A DNA stretch of 64,000 nt from the NCBI RefSeq assembly GCF_002113885.1, contig NW_018405094.1:259475-323474 (forward strand). Direction: 5' to 3'. The position numbers and the translations under genes were made by a program. Positions within the stretch are counted from its first letter, which is position 1, and each line of letters begins with the position of its first letter. Of the stretch, positions 12,101-23,880 are shown piece after piece. The notes beneath the pieces were generated by a model that was not told the origin of the DNA, ran no database searches, and saw nothing but the letters and a program-made list of their open reading frames with translations. Origin of the DNA: Mizuhopecten yessoensis (lineage: Eukaryota).

Positions 12101-14543
12101 GAGGTACAGTGATGGTCATGGTAACATAGCATGTTTAGACGGGTTGCAGTGTTTGTCATAGCTACTTTACATAGAGACCATGTATTGTAACCATGACAAA
12201 CGCTGTACCCCAATTCTCGATGTTATGTTACCATCACCACCCGTACCATGTCATGTAACCATGACCACATCTGTCCCCCACCTAACCATGTTATGTTAAC
12301 ATGACCACCACTGTAACCGACAAACACTGTACCCGAATTCTCTATGTAAAGCAACTATGACAAAAACTGTACCCCAATTCCCTATGTAAAGTAACTTTGA
12401 CAAACACTGTAACCCAATTCTCTATGTAGAGTAACCATGACAAACACTGCATCCCAATCCTCTATGTAAGGTAACTATGACAAACGCTGTAACCCGTCTA
12501 AAAATGTTATGTTACAATGACAACCACTTTACCCCACCTCAATATGTAATGTAACCATCACCACCAATGCACCCCAAGTAACCATGTAATGTACCCATGA
12601 CCACCAATGCACCCCAACTCACTATGTAATGTTTATGACAAACGCTGTAACCCGTCTAAAAATGTTATGTTACAATGACAACCACTTTACCCCCCCTAAC
12701 CATGTAAAGTAACCATGCCCACCAATGCACCCCACCTCCCTATGTAATGTTTATGACAAACACTTTACCCCAATTCTCTATGTAGAGTAACCATGACAAA
12801 CACATGTAATGTTACCATAACAACAACTGTACCCCACCGTACCATGAAATGTAACCATGACCTCCAATGCACCCCACCTCCCTATGTAATGTTTATGACA
12901 AACGCTGTACCCCAATTCTATATGTAAGGTAACTATGACAAACAATGTAACCCGTCTAAACGTGTTATGTTACCATGCCCACCACTGTACCCCAACTAAC
13001 CATGTAATGTGTAACCATGACAACCACTGTAACCAGTCTAAACATGTTATGTTAGCATGACCACCACTGTGCCCGACAAACACTGTAACCTGTCTAAACA
13101 TGTTATTTTACCATGACGACCACTGTACTCCACCTAACCATGTATTGTAACCATGACAAACGCTGTAACCCGTCTAAACGTGTTATGTTACCATGACCAC
13201 CAACCAATGTACCTCACCTAACCATGTAACGTTACCATGACCACCACTCTACCCCACCGTACCAAGTAATGTAACCATGACCGTAACCATGACCATCACT
13301 TCACTCCACGTAACAATGTAATGTTACCAAGACCACCACTGTACCCCATCTAAACATTAATGTAACCATGACGACCTCTGTACCCCGTCTAAACATGTGA
13401 TGTTACCATGACCACATCTGTCCCCCACCGTACCATGAAATGTAACCATGACCAACACTGTACCCCACCTACCCATGTAATGTTACCAAGACCACCACTG
13501 TACCCTCTGTGTAATGTTACCATGCCCACCACTGTACCCGACAAACACTGTACCACAATTCTATATGTAAGGTAACTATGACAAACACGGAAACCCGACT
13601 AAACATGTTATGTTCCCATGACCACCACTGTCCCCCCCCGTACCATGTTATGTAACCATGACCATCCCTGCACCCCACCTAACCATGTATTGTAACCATG
13701 ACAAACGCTGTATCCCAATTCTCCATGTAAAGTAACCATGACGACCTCTGTACCCCGTCTAAACTTGTAATGTAACCATGGCCATCACTGTACCCCCCCT
13801 CAGCATGTAATGTAACCACGACAAACACTGTAACACGTCTATACATGTTATGTTACCATTACCACCACTGTACCCTCTGTGTAATGTTACCATGACAACC
13901 ACTTCACCCCACCTAACCATGTATTGTAACCATGACAAAAACTGTTCCCCAATTCTCTATGAAAAGTAACGATGACAAACCCTGTACCCCGTCTAAACTT
14001 GTGATGTTACCATGACCATCCCTGTCCCCCCCCACTGTCCCATGTAATGTTACCATGGTCATGGTTACATTACATGGTTAGGTGGGGTGCAGTGATGGTC
14101 ATGGTTACATTACATGTTTAGACGGGGTACAGTGTTTGTCATGGTTACATTACATGGTTAGGTGGGGTACAGATGTGGTCATGGTAACATTACACAGATA
14201 ATTGGGGTGCATTGGTGGTCGTGGTTACATTACATGGTTAGGTGAGGTACATTGGTGGTCATGGTTACTTTACATGGTGTGGTTGGGTAGATATGTGGTC
14301 ATGGTAACATTACACAGATAATTGGGGTACAGTGTTTGTCGTGGTTACATTACATATTGAGGTGGGGTACAGTGGTGGTCATGGTTACATTACATGGTTA
14401 GGTGGGGTACAGTGGTTGTCATGGTAACATAGCATAGAGAATTGGGGTACAGTGATGGTCATGGTTACATTACATGGTTAGGTAGGGTACAGTGGTGGTC
14501 ATGGTAACATTACATAGAGAGTTAGGGTACAGTAGTGGTCATC
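9139..14543. repeat. About 40-bp satellite array (GTAATGTAACCATGACCACCACTGTACCCCACCTAACCAT)n in six blocks of alternating orientation
   Basis: C-rich strand on + at 9139-9671, ~10640-10726 and ~12177-14057; G-rich strand on + at 9674-10637, 10729-~12176 and 14060-14543. All ORFs in 9209-12079 are translations of the repeat. Confidence 0.95.
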
Positions 14544-15524
14544 ATTTTATTCGACGGTATTCCCTATGTTTGGCAACGGTTTTTACATGATCATGTGACC
14601 TTTAGTTGTTGGAGGACGAAAAACTAAGCAAAGGAAAACATAACATTAAATACGTCAGTCACCAATAACTAATTAGAATGTACGAAACAAAGTGTTCTTG
14701 ATCCATGTTATCGTTTAGTGCATGATTTAGAAACAGCATTCGCCACTTGACTAATGTATTCAGTAAAAATGTATGTATATATACATGTACACTAGTTCTA
14801 ATATAAATATCCACTATCAAACGGTAGATATGCAGGTGGCAACCATGGTTTACAGCTGTATACAGTCATTTACAAACCTAAAACGTACATCGTGATCTGA
14901 TCGCAGACACTATATCTATTGTTTCATGTAAACTAAAGATTGACTCTAATTTTATAATTTCAAAATGTGTCTGGTCAAATTGTTTATCCGTTTTTATTGT
15001 TGCGATATAACACCTGTTGTTAACCCGTTGTACCAGTACTGGCATGGAATGTGTTCCACTTTCTTGTGATAAGGGACTGGGACTTCAGAATACTGATAAA
15101 GTATGCAGGAACTAAGCAATTCACATGATAGTGCTACGACTATTTTACTTTTCGAAATTAAAGCACCACAAAAAACTCAATGCTTAACATACACGTCTAC
15201 TGAAATACACAAGTAACAAACCATTCATTAAAAAATATATTTATTTCGAATAAAGCGTGTTTCCGTCCAGGGACTAAACAAACCAAAAGATACTTGGTAA
15301 ACGCAAAGTTTCAGTGAAATTATGTTCGAAAACTGCACGAAATAAGCCATAACATATTTGTACATGCACAAAAAGAAAAGATGAATTCTGGAGGATCCAT
15401 GTCGGTCTGTGAAACTGTGAAGGGGATGGCTTTGAAGCTGACACTTATAGAAAGATGTGAATCTCGCGATGCGGGATTGCTGACACCTGACTGTAAAATC
15501 GACGTTGCATGATGGCTGTATGCA

Positions 15525-15905
15525 AAGGACCTGTGAGACCGATGGTGCAGAATTGCTGTAAACCTGATGGTACAGAGGACCTGTGAGCCCAACGGTGCAG
15601 GATGGCCGTAAACCTGATGGTGCAGAGGACCTGTGAGCCCGACGGTCCAGGATGACTGTAAACCTGATGGTACAGAGGACCTGTGAGCCCGACGGTCCAG
15701 GATGGCCGTAAACCTGATGGTGCAGAGGACCTGTGAGCCCGACGTAGTGGAATGGCAGTAAGCCCGACGGTGCGGGATGAAAGTAAGCCCGACGGTGCGG
15801 GATGGCTTTAACCCCACGGTGGGCGGGATGGCTATGGACCTGACTGTGCTGGATGGCTATGAACCCAACGGTGTGGTATGGCTGTGAACCCGACGGTGCA
15901 GGAGA
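15525..15905. repeat. 50-bp (2x25-bp) tandem repeat decaying into 25-bp monomers, in the predicted 3' UTR of the HSF gene
   Basis: GTAAACCTGATGGT recurs at 15558, 15608, 15658 and 15708. Lies between the HSF stop (15981) and a minus-strand AATAAA (15240-15245). Confidence 0.85.
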
Positions 15906-15980
15906 GTTTTGAACTTAAAGATGCAAGGTGAATGTGAAGCCGACAAATGGGATGGCTGTATCTGTACGGTGTCTCTCGGT

Positions 15981-18900
15981 CTATGAGCTAGATGGATCAG
16001 CATGTTTGGGTATATAGAATGTAGCGAGAATGTCATTTGCATCTACGGTCCTGAACTGGCTGGGTACGGCATAAGTTGTTTCTGCAAAAGAAATTAGCAA
16101 CGCTAAGTACGGGCAATTTATGTTTTGGTATTCTAGTAATATACACACTTTTTCGATGGTTCATTTGTGACCGTTTGTAGTTGTAACCCGAGAGCGCTAT
16201 AGATCATATGGAATTATGTGTTAACATTGTAAGCAAATTTGATAGCGAACTGATATAATTTACTTTATTTTCGATTTGAACTGGCTCAAACAAAAATGCA
16301 GTCAGGGTCATGAACCTTAATCTTAACAAACCCAAAATTCTGTCTCTTTATCATCATACTAGAAACATTTCAAGATATTTTGTTTACACTCAACCATTAT
16401 GTTTGGAACAAAAGGTCCCATTTCGACAGATATAGCCGAACGCCGAGGTTCCTCACTCTATTATCTTTGCCGTGAACAGTTAGTTTTCTAAGAAAGGTGA
16501 ACCTAATATTTTTTTTGTTTTTCGGGTATTAGGCAAGATGCTAGTAGCTGGTTGGAATAAGTACCTGGCTGGTTCGAGGTGAAAGCAGTCTCACTTTCCG
16601 TCAAGACAACGGGAGATTCAACCGCACCCAGGGTGAATGTGTTCCTCTGCCCCTGTGTGTGTTCCATCTCGAGAGCCTGAACACCCTGTTCTGGTATTTG
16701 TTCTATCGTGAGAGTATGAACTTCCTTTTCTTGCATTTCTTCCATCTGGAGAATCTGAACGCCGGGTTCCTGTAAGTGGTCCATCTGGATAATTTGTGTT
16801 CCCTGTCCCTGTGAGTTTTCGTCCGTCTGTAGAGTCTGATCGTCCTGTTCATATATGTGATCTGTTGGCAGAGTCTGAACGCCTGGCCCCTGGAAGTGCT
16901 CCGTCCGAAGGGTTTGATAAGCTAGCTCCTGTGAGTGGTCCATTTGGAGTATTTGAGTAGCCTGTCCCTGTGGTAGGCCAGACTGCGAGATCTGAACGCT
17001 ATTTCTCAAAAGCTGTATACCGAATGGCGACGTTATGGGCTTCAGAATGCTTTCCTGTCCGTACAAGCTTCCGCAGACCATTGGTATGGTCTGAAAATTG
17101 GCGTCTTGTTTGTCAGCGCTCATGGAAGATAAGTTGTGACTTTTGAAAGGTAACGTTATTGGCTGCAGAGAATTCTCCGGTATGGTTATAGGGAACTGGA
17201 AAACGCCCGCTTGGTTTGATAGTGATATAGTCTGCAGTGTGTTTTTTGAGCGAACCGGCGCTTTGTTTAGACGTTTCAAAGGTAGCTTCATTGGCTGAAA
17301 AGAAGACTGGCCATGTGCATGTCCTTGTCCCTGATGGCAAAACGGCTCCAAAATCTCACTGTTTCCTTCTTTTCGTGCTATCGAGTAGACTCCGTCCTGG
17401 TTCTGCAAGGGTTGTGTCTGAAATCATTAAAAAACATTCTTTGTAGACATTGTAAAGAGTCATGTACCCTGTTTATTGCAAAGCATAATGATAATGCTGC
17501 ACAAAGCTTATTTTACACTTAGTATGGAAAAAGAGGTTTGTTGTGGTAGACAAGAAGGCATGTCTCTGCGCTTCCAATGATTTACTATTTCCTACCAATA
17601 TTTTTTTTACCCTAAAGAGTACGTTGATATTGTTGTGGGAAACTCTTCCCAAACAATCACTACGACAACAAAGGGTATTCCATTATTGGTCGTGATGCCA
17701 TTTTAAAGTTATAGATAGACAGTGCCCCTAAAATAACACGGTTAACACTTAACAGCTTTGGATCAAATGCGTGTTCCGTTTCATTAAAGAGCCACACAAA
17801 TTGGATCACTTCGCCCTTTTCCGTCTCATGCTAGAAGTAACTCGATTTCGTGTGGCATGGAGTCCTATTGTATGTTATAATGTATGTAACTGCGTTCAAA
17901 TTATCATGTATACCCGTTACAGAGGGTGAAATCTCTATAAAGTACTTTCTCCATACAATCCACATGTTTTTCTTGTTTTATCTTATTCTATTGTAACAGG
18001 AAACGAATAGTGTGCTTCCACCGGGGATCGAAACCTCGATCTCCAGGTTCCTAGTCGGACGCTCTACCACTGAGCTATAGGGAAATTCCCCCTAGCTCGA
18101 AGCTAGAAGGTGACAGTAATCTTGTATACAATTAAAACATGCTACACTAATCCCCCTTTTTAAAATGTTCGCCCTCGAACACCACAACCCAGGTTCCAAG
18201 CTCGTCACCACAGGGAGGGACACGGACACCATTTGTAACAGGGAAGACAATAGTGTGCTTCCATCGGGGATCGAACCCTCGATCTCCAGGTTCCTAGTCG
18301 GACGCTCTTCCACTGAGCCAAAGGGAAATTCCCTCTAGCTCGACGCTAGAAGGCGACCGTAATCCTATATGCAATTAAAACCTGCCACACTATCATGGCC
18401 CTTTCCCGCGGGATCAGTTCTTTGACAGGAGAATTGGATGGGAAAGTCTTAAATTTTACAGATTGTCATAAACATTTATGGGTAACTTTTAATTCGAATG
18501 CAAATTTGGGGGATCATGTAAATGGAATTAACACTTCTGTTATGAAGAAAATTAATGTCTTACGGAAACTGAAACTCTTTTTAAGTAGGGATGCTCTTTT
18601 AATAATTTACAAGACTTTTATTTTACACGTTTTAGAATATGCTTGTGAGTTGTGGGACGGTTGCACTGTTTTTGAATCTGAAAAGTTAGAAAAAGCCCAA
18701 CGTGAAGCTGCTCGCATTATATTAGGACTTCCTTCATATACTCCTATTAATACTTTATATTACGAAACTAGTCTTGAAACTTGACCTAATCGCAGAAAAA
18801 GGAGGAAACTTCAACTATTGTATAAGATGCATAATAAATTAACTCCTGATTACTTCAATCATCTTTTGCCGCCTTTATCTGGAGAAAATAATTGTTACGC

Positions 18901-20952
18901 TTTACGTAACAATAATAACTATAGGATTCCTCCTTTCAGATTATCTCTTACTAATTCTTCTTTTCTGCCTTCTACTCTTCACTATTGAAATAACTTAGAC
19001 AATTCGGTTCGATCCCTACCCTCTATTAATTCATTCAAATCCTGTTTCACATCAAATATTCAGTCAAGTCCACCTATTTACTTTAAAATCGGAAATCGTA
19101 AATGCCCTTTTCAGAGTTAACCTTGTTGAGAGTGCATCTTGTAATTGTGGTCATCCTTGTGAGAATGTCTTTCACAATTTTATGGAATGTCAACTTTTTA
19201 CAAACGAAAGACGTATTTTGGTTCAAAGTTTGATTAATTTGAATGTTGCGTTAAATTTAGAAATTCTTTTGTTAGTCAATTCACAATTATCCGTGGACCT
19301 TAACTCAAACATTTTTAGATCTGTGCAAAACTTTATTAAATCCAGCAAGAGATTTAGAGTTCAAATTGTAATAACAATTGTATATATTTATTGTCATTAT
19401 TGTAATGTCATTTCAAATGTATATTGGGAGAAGGCGTTGATAAGTTGTTATAACTTGTGCCTAATCCCTTGTCTAATTTTGGCAATAAATATGTTTAAAC
19501 TAAAAAACGTTCATAGTGCCTGATCAATCATGCGAGAACTCCTCTCCACTCTCCAGACAACACTATTAGAGAACTGTTCCGGAGAGAAAGGGCTATACTA
19601 GATTGAGAAGTACTAAGTGCTATTGAAAAATTGGAACATAATAAATAGAAATCAACAACTTCTGTAGACACTTGTTTTATAAACAAACGAAACGCACTGT
19701 AAGAATAATAAACAAGAAATAGTAACACTTCATCGGCCTTCTGCTGGTGTTTACGCCACTTAAAACTGAGTTCCGTATGAGGGTATAGTAAAGGACAAAC
19801 GAGACTGTACTATATGGAACACATGATGATATCATGATCCTAGAAATTAAAGTGTGATATATACTAAATCTTGTTATCACAATCAGCTTGATTGCATTTT
19901 TTTTGTATTGCAACGTTTAAAAAATGGCGACATGGAATTTCTTTGTCGTTTTCGTAGATACATTAAATATTTAAATTTAACAGGATTAAATACTGAATTT
20001 CCGTTATGATTTTTTCATACAAAGCAATTGATTGGTATGAATTTTTGCTAAAATTACGAAAACATAACTTGACCGAGAAGTGTAAGTGTGATGAACATGT
20101 ATGTGTATGACGTACATGTATGCGTGTGATGTACATGTATGTGTGTGATGTACATGTATATGTGCCAATATAAAACAATTTTAACAAATACAAAAATGGA
20201 CGCTCAATATCAAACTCCAGTTCAATATTAAAAAATGCATTTACGTAAATTGTTGAATGTATTTCTTTTACAAATATAACATATGAATATTTTTAATCCC
20301 TAAAAAAAGTTTTAAAGATATTGACATTGTTATTTAATTTAATAGGATGGATTTCGGTGGGTTTTTTTGTGTACTGAAAGTGAATTAACCATCATTTTCT
20401 AGATTTATTCCAAGGTGCAGGATTTATTTTCTTAAAAAGGGAGAATTGCTGATTACTTCAGGTTTTACTGGGTAGTACAGATTCAACGTTGTTTCATTTA
20501 CTTACCTTAGAGATTGGGTCTGGAGTCCGATACATGGCGAGATTATTGCTAGCTATCCGGTCTTCCTCCTCTTCTTTTGATCGCCGCTGAACAACGTTCA
20601 CAAGTTCAGGATAGCCCCTCCGAAAATGGGTGTGACGATACTCCAACAGGTCAGGCCAGTTTTTCCTTGATATTCCCGCAAAGGGTCGTCTTTGAACTTT
20701 TTGGAAACCATACAAATTTAATTGACGCACAAGACTGCTTATGTTTTGAGTTTTGAATGTATCAGATTTTCTGCTTAAAAACTCCGTCTGAAATATTTTT
20801 CTATTTATGATGAAAGACTTCCCGTCGATGCTCCACGAAATTGCCCCACTGTCACATGTATTTAAAAGCTTCCAAAGCTTCAGAGGAAAGCGTATTTGTG
20901 ACACAGGTGGCATTAAGAGTTTATCCAAAATGTTTTCCTCAATTTCCTCCAT
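15981..20952 (-). CDS. HSF-type DNA-binding domain protein, HSF5/HSFY-like, 3 coding exons, 466 aa
   Basis: Exons 20952-20506 (AAG|GTAAGT), 17417-16565 (tttcag|ACA...CCAG|GTACTT) and 16081-15981 (ttttgcag|AA...TAG) join in frame (1401 nt). Exon 1 encodes FPLKLWKLLN...ISWSIDG...FKTQNISSLVRQLNLYGFQKV...YRHTHFRRG, a clear HSF DNA-binding domain. No HR-A/B heptad region is evident. Confidence 0.85.
17992..18389 (-). mobile_element. Complete non-autonomous mini LTR retrotransposon (TRIM) with tRNA-derived LTRs (Helenus-type)
   Basis: Two ~155-bp direct repeats with TG...CA ends (18389-18234 and 18146-17992, about 88% identical). The 87-bp interior starts AA-TGGTGTC (PBS) and ends AAAAAGGGGGATTAG (PPT). 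CTAT target-site duplication at 17988-17991 and 18390-18393. Each LTR has a pol III A box (T[A/G]GCTCAGTGG) and B box (G[G/T]TTCGATCC). Confidence 0.85.
18430..19507 (+). mobile_element. 5'-truncated, degenerate non-LTR retrotransposon (CR1/L2-group) ORF2 3' end
   Basis: Translation HKHLWVTF...LRKLK...IYKTFI..LEYACELW...QREAARII...RRKRRKLQLLYKM and a C-x-C...H...C motif match the post-RT region of CR1/L2 LINEs. Contains stops and frameshifts; ends with AATAAA and an A-rich tail at ~19484-19507. Confidence 0.8.
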
Positions 20953-21038
20953 ATTATGTTCTTTTTACCTGGAAATCGCGAGTGGTGTTGTTCTCGAACA
21001 GTGGCACGTCTTGCGTGGTTAGAAACGAAAGAAAATGT

Positions 21039-21091
21039 GCAAAAAAATGTTACGTCATTAGGTATCGCAATATGACGTCAACACTTTTTGC
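21039..21091. promoter_or_regulatory. Inverted repeat carrying two CRE/ATF sites (TTACGTCA 21050-21057, TGACGTCA 21073-21080), about 100 bp upstream of the HSF ATG
   Basis: GCAAAAAAATGTTACGTCAT ... ATGACGTCAACACTTTTTGC arms read directly; function unproven. Confidence 0.35.
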
Positions 21092-22703
21092 GTAGATGAA
21101 CACATTTATCTCCCTTGATTCATAGCTAAAATCCTGTCAATCTGCCCAAAGTTATCGTTCCTAAACATAATTTCGATATTAGTAAGCGTAACACTACGGT
21201 AAAATGGTAATATTAACAGGCTATGCTACATGTAAATATTTGTTATCACGAAAGAAACATTTTTTGGGGAAAGAAACAATAATTGTAGAGTTGTTCTATT
21301 CCACTAACAAACTGGTAACATGATCAAATTAAAAATCAAAACTACTTTCCCTGGACAGTTACTTATATATAAAAATGCTATATGAATATGTTACTAGAAC
21401 GATGCGTCGATGCATATAGTATTATACAGCCGATATATCATCAGAAAAAGAGCTACATGTTTAATGTCAAAATGAAGTATACTACATATGGTTCAGTTTG
21501 CAAATCCCTCCTCCCACGTAAAACAAGACTACATTGAATGTATAACATGAGGTGCAACATTGACCACCAGGAGTAAAATTTTACATATAATAGACAGTTG
21601 TCCATTAAATTCGGGTGTCGGGCTGATAGATCGGCGTTGAGTAGGCATAGAGTAGGACTGTAACTATTCAATATCCCGGCATAGGAATCGGACAGATATA
21701 AGGGTGTTCATCAAGGCCAGGTGTCCATTTATACCGGTGTCTATCATAGATTATGTTTGTTATAATCATGTATCCATTTTAACCAGATACCCCTTTAGTT
21801 ATTGACGTATAGAAAAATAACAGTAAGGGGGTCTATTATGTTCTGTTCTTTTTTTAACAATAATGTATCCGTTCGTCAGACGTCCATTATTTACAGGTCT
21901 TCTTGTTTGATACAATAGAGTGAATTTGATAGTATTGCTGTGAACAGGACCAACATATATTCTTTCGGAATACCAAGTTCTGTTGTCTACAGTTAGTCAC
22001 AGAATATCGACTTCAGCCTGCTTTGTGTTCCGAGAGATTTTGTTTTCTTGGTGATGAAAGGGAAATAACTCGATGCAATTGATTCATGTGTGGCTGTTAC
22101 AAAGAGCTGGATTATGTGCCGACTTATGTACAATTTTTTATATAAAAGGTGACGTCACATATTCTATACATATTGTTCTGCTTTTGGAATGTAAAAGGCG
22201 ACATCAGGTATCCGGCCACATGTTTGTTGAGCCGTATTCAAATGCGTGGTATCAAATAAATAACGTTTCACCTGAAACCTAGTCCTCCATCATCACGTAT
22301 ACTCAATCTGACCCAAAGAAATATCAAATAAAAACACTAACCAAATGCCCGAAAACGTTTTTACGTATGTTTATTTTCAGAGTATTTTTTATATTTCAAT
22401 AAAAACGTAGTATAAAGAAAACACTTAGACACCCTGTTCACGCTTTTACATATTACTGTTCTCGAGGGTGGTCCATCAAGTGTAATTTTGTTTGAAAGAG
22501 AGAGCCGAATGAAAACGAAACACGAGAGAAAAAAGGAGCAGCATGGCCGGAGGAAAGGGAAGAAAAATGGACAGACAAAAAGAGACATATGGTCTAAAAG
22601 TAGAAAAAAAAGTTTAAGTACAGTTGACAGTCTAGTCAAAATTAGATCTCCGTATCGCATCCGCTTATTGCTTCCGCGCGAAATATTGATCAGATGCGAT
22701 GCG

Positions 22704-23630
22704 AAGATCACATTTTAATTAGTGTGTACCCTGACTATAGAGGTAAGAAGGTCACATTTTAATTAGTGTGTAACCTGGCTATAGAGGTAGGAAGATCACA
22801 TTTTAATTAGTGTGTACCCTGGCTATAGAGGTAGGAAGATCACATTTTAATTAGTGTGTAACCTGGCTATAGAGGTAGGTAGATCACATTTTAATTAGTG
22901 TGTACCCTGGCTATAGAGGTAGGAAGATCACATTTTAATTAGTGTGTAACCTGGCTATAGAGGTAGGTAGATCACATTTTAATTAGTGTGTACCCTGGCT
23001 ATAGAGGTAGGAAGATCACATTTTAATTAGTGTGTAACCTGGCTATAGAGGTAGGTAGATCACATTTTAATTAGTGTGTACCCTGGCTATAGAGGTAGGA
23101 AGATCACATTTTAATTAGTGTGTAACCTGGCTATAGAGGTAGGTAGATCACATTTTAATTAGTGTGTACCCTGGCTATAGAGGTAGGAAGATCACATTTT
23201 AATTAGTGTGTAACCTGGCTATAGAGGTAAGAAGGTCACATTTTAATTAGTGTGTACCGGACCCTGGCTATAGAGGTAGGAAGATCACATTTTAATTAGT
23301 GTGTACCCTGGCTATAGAGGTAAGAAGATCACATTTTACTTAGTGTGTACCCTGGCTATAGAGGTAAGAAGGTCACATTTAAATTAGTGTGTACCCTGGT
23401 TATAGAGGTAAGAAGATCACATTTTAATAAGTGTGTTCCCTGACTATAGAGGTAAGAAGGTCACATTTTAATTAGTGTGTACCCTGGCTATAGAGGTAAG
23501 AAGGTCACATTTTAATAAGTGTGTACCCTGGTTATAGAGGTAAGAAGGTCACATTTTGTTTAGTGTACCCTGGTTATAGAGGTAAGAAGATCACATTATA
23601 ATTAGTGTGTTCCCTGACTATAGAGGTTAG
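22704..23630. repeat. 44-bp minisatellite (CACATTTTAATTAGTGTGTACCCTGGCTATAGAGGTAGGAAGAT)n, about 21 copies
   Basis: 44-nt period (22709, 22753, ...); central copies alternate between two variants. Confidence 0.95.
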
Positions 23631-23880
23631 AAGTTCAAATATTTATAATGTTCTTCAATGCCTAATTACTGAAATTATTACACACAATATAATCAGCAGA
23701 TTGTTTATTCTTGATATAACTATAAGAATTTGCCATTTCAACATCAGTTTGGAAGTTCGTTATATATTTACATGCAAGGTATTTCTTAATATTGTTTTGT
23801 GATTTTTTTAAAATTCTAAATCCTAATAATAATACATGTAATTAAATTGTTTAAATCATTTATTACTGTATTTTCTCTCT

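Noticed and set aside
15320-15817. 165-aa minus-strand ORF as a further HSF exon
   Set aside because: It lies after the in-frame stop of exon 3 (15981) and mostly translates the 50-bp repeat.
18013-18330. Two tRNA genes (apparent AGG anticodon)
   Set aside because: Acceptor and anticodon stems pair poorly, and both copies sit inside the LTRs of the TRIM.
1-23630. CRISPR-like appearance of the 40-46-bp arrays
   Set aside because: Units are contiguous with no unique spacers, there are no cas genes, and the DNA is eukaryotic.
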